From an uncultured Methanosarcinaceae archaeon (GTDB taxonomy: Archaea; Halobacteriota; Methanosarcinia; Methanosarcinales; Methanosarcinaceae): a DNA stretch of 31,649 nt. The first letter of the stretch is position 1; every line of letters starts with the position of its first letter. The DNA is taken from assembly GCA_963833425.1 (NCBI GenBank), contig CAWHXP010000017.1, positions 1-31,649 on the forward strand, written 5' to 3'. The notes beneath the pieces are model-generated. The model ran no database searches. It was not told the origin of the DNA and saw only the letters and a list, made by a program, of their open reading frames with translations. Below are positions 19,573-28,955 of the stretch, in pieces. The position numbers and the translations under genes are program-made.

Positions 19573-22026
19573 CTATTGATGGATTCCCGTCAACTTACTA
19601 TTTAGATATTTTTCATTACCTCCCATTTCCTTTTCCGTTTCCAGAACCTTAAGAGTGATCTTCATAACCGAATCTGGGTTAAGTGAAATGGAATCTATCC
19701 CCAATTTTACAAGAAACTCCGCAATTTCAGGAAAGTCACTTGGAGCTTGTCCACATATCCCGCTGTGTCTTCCATTTTGTTTTGCACCCAGTACAGCCAT
19801 TGCCATTATTTTCATAACTCCCTGATCTCGCTCATCGAATTCTGCAGCAAGTAATTCGGAGTCTCTGTCAACGCCAAGGGTCAGCTGCGTCAAGTCATTT
19901 GAGCCTATGGAAAAGCCATCGAAGTATTCGCTGAATTCTTCAATAAGAAGAACATTATTTGGAATTTCACACATAACATAGACCTGCAGCCCATTTTCTC
20001 CTCTCTTTAGCCCGTTTTTCTCCATCTCAGCAATTACTTTTCGTGCTTCTTCAACAGTTCTACAGAAGGGAATCATAAGAATGAGATTTGTAAGTCCCAT
20101 TTCATCTCTGACCTTTTTCATAGCCTTGCACTCAAGGGCAAAACCTTCTCTATAACGCTCATCACAATAGCGAGAAGCTCCCCTGAAACCTATCATGGGA
20201 TTGTTCTCCTCCATTTCGAAATAACTGCCCCCAAGAAGGCTTGCATACTCGTTAGTTTTGAAGTCACTCATGCGAGCTACAACCGGCTTTGGATAGAAAG
20301 CCGCAGCAATAGTCCCAAACCCTTGGGCAAGCTGCTCAACAAAATACTCTTGTTTATCATAACCTCTTGTAAGTTGTTCGATTTTCTGAAGGACTTTAGG
20401 ATCTTTGACCTTTTCAGGGTGTACGAGAGCCATTGGATGGATCTTAATATAGCTTGTAACTATGAACTCCAGCCTCGCAAGTCCAATTCCATCGTTTGGG
20501 ATCATGGAAGAGGCAAAAGCTTCCTCCGGATTTCCAAGATTCATCATAATCTCAGTTTTCGGGCGTTTTATGTCTTTGAGATTCAGAGTATCTTTATGGA
20601 AAGGAAGAATACCATCATACACAAGCCCGTCCTCTCCTTCCGCACAGCTCACGGTGATTTCCCTACCTGTATCAAGAACCTCGGTTGCATTGCCTGTTCC
20701 TACGACTGCAGGAATTCCTAATTCCCGGCTGACAATAGCAGCATGGCAGGTCCTTCCCCCTTTGTTTGTGACAATTGCAGCTGCCGTTTTCATGACAGGT
20801 TCCCAGTCAGGAGTCGTGTTGTGAGCTATCAGAATTTCTCCTGGTTTAAAAGAGGGCAGATCTGAAACATCCGGAATTAAATGAGCTTTTCCAGAAGCAA
20901 TTTTGTCTCCCACGCTCTTGCCTTTTGCAAGAATTTCGGACTGTTCTTCAAGTACATAGGTTTCTAGAATGTCTTTGCTTTTTTGGGATTGGACAGTCTC
21001 GGGTCTCGCCTGCACTATAAAAAGTTCCCCTGTTATGCCGTCTTTTGCCCACTCAATATCCATAGGCCTGGGTTCTCTATACTTTTCAGAGTAATGATTT
21101 TCGATAGTTATTGCATACCCTGCAAGTTTGAGCACTTCTTCATCATCAATACATAAACGAAGCCGATCAGCTTCAGGAACCTCCACGTTTTGGGTAAGTA
21201 CTTTGGAGTTACCACGCCCGTAGATCATTTTGATCTCTTTGTCCCCTACTTTTTTCATGATAATTGACTTATACCCTTCTCTGAAAGTCGGCTTAAAGAC
21301 ATAGAACTCATCTGGATTGACCTGGCCCAGCACGACATTTTCTCCAAGCCCGTATGCGCCTGTAATGAAAACCACGTCCTTAAACCCGGTTTCAGTATCC
21401 AGAGTAAAAATAACGCCGCTTGAAGCTAGATCAGACCTTACCATCTTCATAATCCCAATCGAGAGCCCCACTTTGAAATGATTAAAGTTATTTGTTACAC
21501 GGTAGGAAATCGCCCTGTCAGTGAAGAGTGAGGCAAAACAACGCGAGCAAGCGTCTCTAAGCCATGGATATCCTCTGATATTTAAGTAAGTTTCCTGCTG
21601 GCCAGCAAAAGAAGCGGTAGGAAGATCTTCAGCAGTTGCCGAACTCCGTACAGCTACATCCGTATCATCTCCATACTGCTCGCATAGACTATCATATCCA
21701 ATTTTGATTTCTTCCCAGAGATCGTCAGGAATTCCTGCCCCAAGAATCAGATCCCTTGCGATTTTTCCCCTTTTTGCAAGGTCAGTGACATTTGCAATAT
21801 CAAGACCTTCCATTGCTTTTTTAAGCTTCTCTAGAATTCCTCCGGCTTGGAGGGTGTGCCAATAAGCTTCTGCAGTCACTGCAAAGCCGTTAGGGATCTT
21901 TATCCCCTTCGAAGTAAGCTCCCTGTACATTTCCCCAAGAGAAGCATTCTTTCCACCCACAAACGGAACATCGTCAATTGTAGTCTCTTGAAACCAACGG
22001 ATGTACTTGCTCTTAATCTCAGACAT
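19573..22026 (-). CDS. ppsA: Phosphoenolpyruvate synthase (pyruvate, water dikinase)
   Basis: VGGKNASLGE, AVRSSATAED, DIEWA, phospho-His GGRTCHAAIVSRE, GIGLARLE, SIGSNDLTQ and GICGQ. Confidence 0.97.
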   Translation of the reverse strand: MSEIKSKYIRWFQETTIDDVPFVGGKNASLGEMYRELTSKGIKIPNGFAVTAEAYWHTLQAGGILEKLKKAMEGLDIANVTDLAKRGKIARDLILGAGIPDDLWEEIKIGYDSLCEQYGDDTDVAVRSSATAEDLPTASFAGQQETYLNIRGYPWLRDACSRCFASLFTDRAISYRVTNNFNHFKVGLSIGIMKMVRSDLASSGVIFTLDTETGFKDVVFITGAYGLGENVVLGQVNPDEFYVFKPTFREGYKSIIMKKVGDKEIKMIYGRGNSKVLTQNVEVPEADRLRLCIDDEEVLKLAGYAITIENHYSEKYREPRPMDIEWAKDGITGELFIVQARPETVQSQKSKDILETYVLEEQSEILAKGKSVGDKIASGKAHLIPDVSDLPSFKPGEILIAHNTTPDWEPVMKTAAAIVTNKGGRTCHAAIVSRELGIPAVVGTGNATEVLDTGREITVSCAEGEDGLVYDGILPFHKDTLNLKDIKRPKTEIMMNLGNPEEAFASSMIPNDGIGLARLEFIVTSYIKIHPMALVHPEKVKDPKVLQKIEQLTRGYDKQEYFVEQLAQGFGTIAAAFYPKPVVARMSDFKTNEYASLLGGSYFEMEENNPMIGFRGASRYCDERYREGFALECKAMKKVRDEMGLTNLILMIPFCRTVEEARKVIAEMEKNGLKRGENGLQVYVMCEIPNNVLLIEEFSEYFDGFSIGSNDLTQLTLGVDRDSELLAAEFDERDQGVMKIMAMAVLGAKQNGRHSGICGQAPSDFPEIAEFLVKLGIDSISLNPDSVMKITLKVLETEKEMGGNEKYLNSKLTGIHQ

Positions 22027-22228
22027 TTTCCGAAATCCCCTTTAAAATTATTATTGTGAATAAAAAGTTTGGGAATAAACTTAAAATTTCATGCATTAGT
22101 TGAAAAGTTTTTCCAAATCAGTACAATGTATTCTTGGATTAAGTAGGTTCCACTTGTAATTTATGCATTGATTTTTCGTGAACTACATCTCTTTACGCTC
22201 AGATTTTAAGAAGATTTGGAACCGGCAA

Positions 22229-23176
22229 TCATTCGGAGTTTACGGTATTCTGTGGCTTCCCTTCAAGAAATGTTTCTACATTTTGAACACAGACATTTGT
22301 GCACTCCTCAAGGGATTCATGCGATAGAAAAGCAATGTGTGGCGTAAGCGCGACATTTTCAAATTCCATCAGCGGGCTATCTAATGGAAGAGGTTCTTTA
22401 TCAAAAACATCAAGACCTGCTCCACCAATCTGTTTTTCTCTAAGAGCTTTTATGAGAGCAACTTCATCGACTATCTTTCCTCTGGCTGTATTTATAAGAA
22501 TTGCACTTGTCTTCATCCTTGCAAGCTCTTTTGTGCCTATCATATTTTTTGTGGATGAAGTGAGTGGTACGTGAAGGGTGATGATATCTGATTCTTTGAG
22601 TAATGTATCCAGATCAACAAATTTTACTCCAAGTCTTCTTGCTTTTTCTTCACTCGGATGGCCTGTAACTGAAATAACATTCATATTAAAACCGTGAGCT
22701 ATCTGTATAACTCTAACTCCTATACTACCGGTGCCTATTACCCCAATTGTTTTTCCCAGAAGTTGGTTCCCAATATAGTCTCTCCAATCAAAATTCCCCT
22801 TTCGTATCCCGATATCTGCGAGATGCACTTTTCGCAGGAGATTTAGGGATAAAGCAAAAACCATTTCTGCAACTGAATCAAATGCATAGTCAGGAACATT
22901 AGATACGATTACACCTTTTTCAGCCGCTGCTTTAATATCTATATGGTCATAGCCGGTTTGCCACACAGAAATCATCTTCAGATTTTTAGCGGCACTGAAC
23001 GCTTTTTCAGAGAAACCATATCTTCCGACAATGACTATATCTGCATCCCTAACTCTCGATATGAATCCTTCCATGGAAGATGGCATACTTTCAAAAATAG
23101 TGAGATTTCCAAGAACCTCAAGTCTTTTCCTGTATTCTTCTGGTAGAAACACAGGATCAGATACCACAATTTTCAC
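22229..23176 (-). CDS. D-isomer-specific 2-hydroxyacid dehydrogenase (glycerate dehydrogenase-like)
   Basis: TGYDHID, GVIGTGSIG, LHVPLT, INTARG, LDVF and TPHIA. Confidence 0.9.
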   Translation of the reverse strand: MKIVVSDPVFLPEEYRKRLEVLGNLTIFESMPSSMEGFISRVRDADIVIVGRYGFSEKAFSAAKNLKMISVWQTGYDHIDIKAAAEKGVIVSNVPDYAFDSVAEMVFALSLNLLRKVHLADIGIRKGNFDWRDYIGNQLLGKTIGVIGTGSIGVRVIQIAHGFNMNVISVTGHPSEEKARRLGVKFVDLDTLLKESDIITLHVPLTSSTKNMIGTKELARMKTSAILINTARGKIVDEVALIKALREKQIGGAGLDVFDKEPLPLDSPLMEFENVALTPHIAFLSHESLEECTNVCVQNVETFLEGKPQNTVNSE

Positions 23177-23197
23177 TTTATCACCCTAAACAATACT

Positions 23198-23944
23198 TTA
23201 TGTCTTTCCCCAATAAGGTTGAATTCCAAAGTGTGCATACACCTTAGCTAATTCATCACGAGTTAAAGACCATTCTTCTTTATCGAAACCTTCTGCTTTT
23301 CCTAGAACAGATTTGTCAATCTTAAGGATATAATCGTACCTATTCGACTCAAGAGTTTCCCAAGGAATGGCAAATAATTTATTACCTATACCAAGAAAAC
23401 CACCAAAAGAGAGTACTGCATATGCGATTCTTCCCATATTCACATCAACCATCAACTCTTCTATCTTTCCAAGGTGTTCTTTATTAACATTGATGACCTT
23501 TGACCCCTTTATTGTAGTTGTTGGCAAAAAATCTCCAATCTCCATATCCTGCGTTTCTTCAACTATTCCCATATTAGTTTCCCAATATGGTTGAATTCTA
23601 AAGTGTGCATATACCTTGGCTAATTCGTCACGGGTTAAAGACCACTCTTCTTTATCAAAACCTTCCATTTTTTCTAGAACAGATTTATCAATCCTAAGGA
23701 TATACTCGCCCCTATTCAACTCAAGAACTTCCCAAGGGATGGCAAATAATTTGTTACCTATACCAAGAAAACCACCAAAAGAAAGTACTACATAGGCTAT
23801 TTTTCCTTTTTCTGGATCAATCATCATTTCTTCAAGCATTCCAAGGTGTTCTTCACTGACATTGATAACTTTAGACCCCTTGATTGTAGTTGTTGGCAAA
23901 AAAGCTTCATGTTCCATAACCTGCGTTTCTTCCACTATCCCCAT
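23198..23944 (-). CDS. Tandemly duplicated PRC-barrel protein
   Basis: Two ~124-aa near-identical units, each with G.IEE.M.D...G.IAY.VLSFGGFLGIG.KLFAIPW. Confidence 0.9.
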   Translation of the reverse strand: MGIVEETQVMEHEAFLPTTTIKGSKVINVSEEHLGMLEEMMIDPEKGKIAYVVLSFGGFLGIGNKLFAIPWEVLELNRGEYILRIDKSVLEKMEGFDKEEWSLTRDELAKVYAHFRIQPYWETNMGIVEETQDMEIGDFLPTTTIKGSKVINVNKEHLGKIEELMVDVNMGRIAYAVLSFGGFLGIGNKLFAIPWETLESNRYDYILKIDKSVLGKAEGFDKEEWSLTRDELAKVYAHFGIQPYWGKT

Positions 23945-23961
23945 ATCTCACAACTCCTCAA

Positions 23962-24450
23962 TTATTCACCCGCACCGAATGCAACTTTAAGTTTTTCTTC
24001 CTCTTCTTTGGTAAGAGATGTTCTTATTATCGTTGCATTGAACTTGTTAAGTCGTTCTAGTGCCTTGTCTTCAGTCCATTTCTCGATTAAGAGAAACAAA
24101 GCAGAACCTCCTGGTTTAATGGTTGCACCCACTTCCTTGATGAAATCATCATTGATTCCATAATCCATCAGTGCACCAGATATTGCACCAGCAATAGCAC
24201 CAATGGCTAATCCTAGCCACGGTAACCAGAAAAACAGTCCTATGAGCATGCCCCAGAAGGCTCCGCCTACCATACCTGCACCCACGAGATGTGTGGCTTG
24301 CTTCACTTTTATTTTTCCGTCGGGCTTACGAATGACGACTGCGGCATCCTTAAGAACCATCAGTTCTTCTTTTTTAAGTTGATGGATAGTTTCATCCATC
24401 TTATACGCGCCTTCCTCAGTAGGAAACGCAAAAACGATTAGTTCACTAAT
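23962..24450 (-). CDS. DUF1269-type glycine-zipper membrane protein; natural start appears to be ATT at 24450
   Basis: DAAVV, GAFWGMLIGL, DYGINDDFIKEVG and GSALF. In-frame extension ISELIVFAFPTEEGA follows AAGGAG. Confidence 0.8.
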   Translation of the reverse strand: MSELIVFAFPTEEGAYKMDETIHQLKKEELMVLKDAAVVIRKPDGKIKVKQATHLVGAGMVGGAFWGMLIGLFFWLPWLGLAIGAIAGAISGALMDYGINDDFIKEVGATIKPGGSALFLLIEKWTEDKALERLNKFNATIIRTSLTKEEEEKLKVAFGAGE

Positions 24451-24515
24451 GTTCTCATTCTCCTTTATATTTTTTATTTATGCAAAAGTCAGATGCAGAT
24501 AGCCTGTTCTTGTTG

Positions 24516-24631
24516 GGACTTACGTAATTGAGGCACAAAATCAAGAACAATAAACATTGGGATTTAAAATTTTATTTAATACAGTTAAAGGTTTAAAGCT
24601 ATTGATTTTCACATTCAACCGCATAAAATCC
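24516..24631. mobile_element. MITE family B
   Basis: GGACTTACGTAATTGAGG...TTCAACCGCATAAAATCC. Confidence 0.78.
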
Positions 24632-24685
24632 TACTGATTACAAATTCGATCTCTTATATTCGATCTCTTAAAATATATGGCTTAA

Positions 24686-24835
24686 TCACTCTTCTGTATG
24701 CGCTACAGAAGCAGCAAATGCTTTTTCACATTCGATGCACACAAGATCTTTCTGAGGCACAGAACATATGTTAGTTGCTTCACAATGCGGGCATTTACAT
24801 TTCCATTCTGAAGGATACCAAAATGTTTCTTCCAT
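24686..24835 (-). CDS. 49-aa zinc-ribbon-like microprotein
   Basis: MEETFWYPSEWKCKCPHCEATNICSVPQKDLVCIECEKAFAASVAHTEE, containing CPHC and CIEC, with an AGGAG RBS. Confidence 0.72.
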   Translation of the reverse strand: MEETFWYPSEWKCKCPHCEATNICSVPQKDLVCIECEKAFAASVAHTEE

Positions 24836-24854
24836 AATCTCAACTCCTAGTTAG

Positions 24855-24938
24855 TGTGAGAGGTGCTATTCGAACACAGAACCCCTGCAAGATCAGGCTC
24901 TCAATTTTATGTTTTTGGCCTAGCTGAGCTACTCTTAC
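24855..24938 (-). pseudogene. Degenerate tRNA-Leu(GAG)-like sequence
   Basis: Acceptor GTAAGAG/CTCTCAC+A (6/7 paired), TAGCTCAGCTAGGCCAA D-region, loop TTGAGAG, long variable arm and GTTCGAAT T-loop. Anticodon and T stems are disrupted. Confidence 0.7.
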
Positions 24939-25424
24939 GCACGATTTATGCTTCAACCAACTTAATCCCACTATGTGAAATAATGTACGTAGAATACATA
25001 TTTTTAAAAGTGGTGAGATTTCCGCGAACCTCAAGTTTTTTCCGAGATTTCTTTTATAGAAAAAAGGAGAGCGCTAAGACATTGGTTCAGAGTACATCAT
25101 TGATTGTGTCCCTGTTGATTGTTCATGTTGCATGTTTAACTACTCCTTTCACATACCTTCACAATACAGAATTTTAGATCGTGCTCTTGAATCATTGATC
25201 AAATCTGAAAACCGAGTATATCCCCAATTTTTGAGAAAATGCAGATTGAATCCTATGCTCACGATTTTCAACAACATATAGCTACGCTCCATTCTATCCC
25301 ATAAACGACTTGATTTTTTTTAATTATAAGATGTTTTAGAAGATATGTTAGAGGAGTTTGATAAACCCTAAATTTTGGCGAGTTGTTTATATACTAATCA
25401 TTCAAATCATATTAAATAATTTAT

Positions 25425-25770
25425 AAAAAAAATGGTTTGAAACTAAAAAATATTTCTACCCAAAATATTTTAGCATCAAACAACAATTTGATATTAATGA
25501 TGTTTTTATTATTTTCGGCGATCTTCAGAAATTTAACATAGAGCTTTTTCCTAAAAAGCAACATAGATTAATTTGATATAATATTCTTGATTCAATAGTG
25601 CTCTATTAGATGGTTAATATTTTTACCTTAGAATGCACTTTGCTCCAAATGCACTCGTTTTCTAAGCATGACTGCATAAAGAGAATCAAAAACTATACAT
25701 AGTGGAAAATGATATGAAAAGAGCAAGTATGTGATTTATTATGGATAAACACCAATTCATTATTGATGGA
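25425..25770. repeat. Long non-coding repeat module, copy 4 (MITE-C empty site)
   Basis: Matches copies 1-3. Reads gagcAAGTATgtga without an insertion. Confidence 0.78.
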
Positions 25771-26028
25771 TCCGCTTATCCCAAAACCAACTTTATTTTC
25801 ACATTAATAAGAGTTTCAGAATTCCTTTCATAACAGAAATTCGATTAGCTATTAGGAATTGAAATTTAGAGACACAATTTTGAGTTCTAGTCTCATCTAG
25901 CATATTATACTTTATTTTGCATCTCAAGTGCTTAAGTCCTATTAATGAAAACTTTCTGAAAAAGCCCTTCACTGCCCCTGCAAGTTTTTAGGATTGAATG
26001 TGGAAAATAATTCGGAAAACTTAAAAGT

Positions 26029-26545
26029 CTATTTGGAGATAAGTCTCTTCAGATAGTCAAAAAGAACAGTATGATCTTCGAGCACAAGATCTGCATGTTG
26101 CAACTTTTCAGGCTCAAGTGTGCTCGCAACCGCTACACAATAGAGTTCAGCTCTTTAGCAGCAGTAATACCCAGAGGGGAATTCTCAATTACAATACATT
26201 CATTCTTAGTCATGTCAAGTTTTTCAAGGGCTTTGAGGAAGGGAGCTGAGTCAGGTTTCCCGTGTTCCAAATCATCTACATGATAATAACATCAGAACAG
26301 CCTCAAAAAAAACTTATTCATAGCCTTTTCAACAATGTTTCAGCTTATCAGGAAACTGTAGCGAACTTAAAATGTCGTTTTAATTCCTTGACGCAATCTA
26401 GCAATCTAAAATACCGTTAAAGGGTTTTATCTTATCAAACTCAAAGCTTCGCGTTTTTTATTAGCCAAATACTCTAAATGCTAGGATTCAGGCTCTCTTC
26501 CAGCCTTTTCAAAAATTGCTTTAATTATCGTTCTTTCGTTTGAGA
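26029..26545 (-). pseudogene. HAD-superfamily phosphatase (beta-PGM-like) remnant, 5'-truncated
   Basis: DDLEHGKPDSAPFLKALEKL...CIVIENSPLGITAAK...AVASTLEPEKLQHADLV, with stops and frameshifts upstream. Confidence 0.78.
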
Positions 26546-26926
26546 CTGACAGGAGCTTGGTCAATATAATCATTTACTATTATCCTTTTTTATAGCGAAA
26601 CAAAACGACACAAATTCATCATACTTTACAGAACTTTCTGTATACTACCGACTTATATCTTTTGCCAACAATTTCTATTACGGATTTATACATTGTGTGG
26701 TTTTCTTTTGATTGTCAACTTAATAGTAATCCTAATTTAATGTTACTCTTTAATTAAGCCTTAGAATCTAATTAAATATCAAATTGAGTAAAATTTTGAT
26801 AAAATAAGCTTTTTTAGTTATTATTAAGAAAATAAATTTTGTGAAAGACAACAAAAATTCATCTAATAATGAGTGAATTTTCCAAAACAGCATAATTTTA
26901 GCTTAAATTAAGGAAGGAGACTCTAT

Positions 26927-28285
26927 ATGGCATTATTCGGAACAAACGGTGTACGTGGTATCGTTAATGAATACATAACTCCAGAACTGGCAGTCAATTT
27001 AGCTAGAAGTCTTGGTACATACATGGGTTCTAAAGGCACGGTTGCTATAGGATGTGACACTCGAATTTCGGGTCAGATGCTGAAATTTGCCGCAATTTCT
27101 GGAGCTCTGTCAACAGGCCTCACCGTTATTGATGTGGGAACTGTTCCTACCCCTTCCATCCAGTACTATGTGCGCGACCATGCCGATGCCGGGATAGTTG
27201 TTACTGCATCCCATAATCCAAGGCAATATAATGGAATTAAATTTATTGCAGGTGATGGCTCGGAATTTTCCAGGGATGGAGAAAAAGACATAGAAAAAAT
27301 TTATTATGCGGGGGAATATTCCATCGTATCTTGGGAGAAAACCGGCAACTTCAGTAACGATCCTGGAGTCAATGAATACTACATAAAAAATATTGTCAAC
27401 TCAGTAAATGCCGAAGCCATCCGCAGCCGCAGATTCAAAGTAGTTGTAGATACAGGCTGTGGAGCAGGTTCTCTCACTCTTCCTTTTTTGCTCAGCAAAC
27501 TGGGTTGCCAAGTATTGACTCTTGAAGCTCAGCCTGATGGAACTTTCCCCTGGCGAAACCCAGAACCTTTACCTGAAGCCCTAACTGAACTTACTAAACT
27601 CGTAAAAATTACAGGTGCTGACATGGGAGCAGCTCAAGATGGGGATGCGGATAGAGTAGTCCTTATAGATGAAAATGGGGAATTCATAAATGCTGAAGTT
27701 CTGCTTGCCATGATGGCAAAATATATACTTGAGCATGAAAAAGGCCCTATAGTGACTCCTGTTAGCTCTTCTCAACGCATGGCCGACATTGCAAAGGATG
27801 CAGATATCAAACTATATTGGACTGCTGTCGGCTCAATCAACGTTGCCCGGAAAATGATGGAAGTAAATGCAGTATTCGGGGGTGAAGGTAATGGGGGTCT
27901 TATCTTCCCCAAACATCAGTATTGTAGAGACGGAGCAATGGCCTGTGCCATGGTTCTTGAAATCCTGGCTAACGGAAAAAAGATTTCTGATCTTGCAAAA
28001 AGTGTGCCTGAATATTTCAACGCAAAGACAAAAGTCCCCTCTAAAAATATACCAGCCACAATGGAAATAGTGAAGCAAGAAGCTTCAGGACTTGGGTTCA
28101 AGATAGATACTACAGACGGAATCAAAATATGGTACGAAGATGGCTGGGTTCTTATTCGTCCCTCTGGCACAGAACCGATTCTTAGGGTCTTTGCTGAAGC
28201 AAAAAAGCAGGATAGAACAGAGGAACTTATGCAAGAGGGCCTGAATATGGTCAAAAGAGCAGAAAAAGCCTCAACCTGCGAATGA
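26927..28285 (+). CDS. glmM: Alpha-D-phosphohexomutase (phosphoglucosamine mutase / PMM-PGM type)
   Basis: LFGTNGVRG, phospho-Ser TASHNP, DGDADR, GGEGNGG and RPSGTEP. Substrate specificity cannot be determined from the sequence. Confidence 0.85.
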   Translation: MALFGTNGVRGIVNEYITPELAVNLARSLGTYMGSKGTVAIGCDTRISGQMLKFAAISGALSTGLTVIDVGTVPTPSIQYYVRDHADAGIVVTASHNPRQYNGIKFIAGDGSEFSRDGEKDIEKIYYAGEYSIVSWEKTGNFSNDPGVNEYYIKNIVNSVNAEAIRSRRFKVVVDTGCGAGSLTLPFLLSKLGCQVLTLEAQPDGTFPWRNPEPLPEALTELTKLVKITGADMGAAQDGDADRVVLIDENGEFINAEVLLAMMAKYILEHEKGPIVTPVSSSQRMADIAKDADIKLYWTAVGSINVARKMMEVNAVFGGEGNGGLIFPKHQYCRDGAMACAMVLEILANGKKISDLAKSVPEYFNAKTKVPSKNIPATMEIVKQEASGLGFKIDTTDGIKIWYEDGWVLIRPSGTEPILRVFAEAKKQDRTEELMQEGLNMVKRAEKASTCE

Positions 28286-28403
28286 ACTTTCGAGTAAACT
28301 AACAACAAATGAATGTGAACTCTTTAATGTAGCAACTTCTTGATAAAAATTTATCACCTTTATCAGCTTTGATAATCCAATTGGACGATTACCATAAAAA
28401 AAG

Positions 28404-28534
28404 CAGTGATAAAAACTTTCTGTAAATTTTAAGTTAAGTTTTTGCTTAATGTAATAAATTTGGTTTCTTTAAGGTAGAATTTTCTACTAGATAACTTATG
28501 AGATACGGGATTTTACAGAAAAATTGGCACAATG
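28404..28534. mobile_element. MITE family F monomer (~130 bp)
   Basis: CAGTGATAAAAACTTTCTGTAAA ... TTTACAGAAAAATTGGCACAATG, with interior similar to 10716-10828. Confidence 0.6.
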
Positions 28535-28559
28535 GAATTCGGGATCTTCTGGCATGTGG

Positions 28560-28888
28560 GCCGGTGGACTTTCTTGTAAAGGTAATGATGATCTTGGCAC
28601 TCTTATCCTCGGAAACTACCTGGATATGTTTGACCATGGCATCTTTTACAAGAATTGAAACCATAATCTACTTCCCTTCCTTTTCGAATCTTGATACCTT
28701 TTCTGCGAAGTCCTAAAATAAAAATTGTTCAGGTACAGGGATTTGACATTATGTTACTAAGGCTGCAGGCAAACATAAGAGAAAGAATCAAATTGTAATC
28801 TCCTAGTAATCTCAAACAGATTCGAATAGCAGTCAGAGGAGCTCTTACAGCCCCAGCAAAACTGCACTCATACCCACGATGGCATGAT
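28560..28888 (-). pseudogene. ClC chloride channel/antiporter C-terminal and CBS-domain remnant
   Basis: FAGAVRAPLTAI...DYNLILSLMFAC..SN, then GLRRKGIKIRKGREVD and LVKDAMVKH, frameshifted. Confidence 0.78.
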
Positions 28889-28955
28889 TTCCGTCCCACC
28901 ATGGATCCCATGTAAAGAGTGTGCTTCAACACATCAATATCACATCTGCAGCACT
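28889..28955 (+). repeat. 67-bp inverted copy of internal gap sequence (333-399)
   Basis: 62/67 nt identical by manual alignment. Reads [22 protein letters not shown] versus [22 protein letters not shown] in gap. Confidence 0.9.

Noticed and set aside
24840..25177. ORFs 24840..25034 (-) and 24863..25177 (+)
   Set aside because: They overlap the tRNA-like sequence and lack protein-like features.
25181..25601. Possible inverted repeat GTGCTCTTGAATCA / TGATTCAATAGTGC
   Set aside because: Only 11/14 match and no TSD, too weak to call an element.
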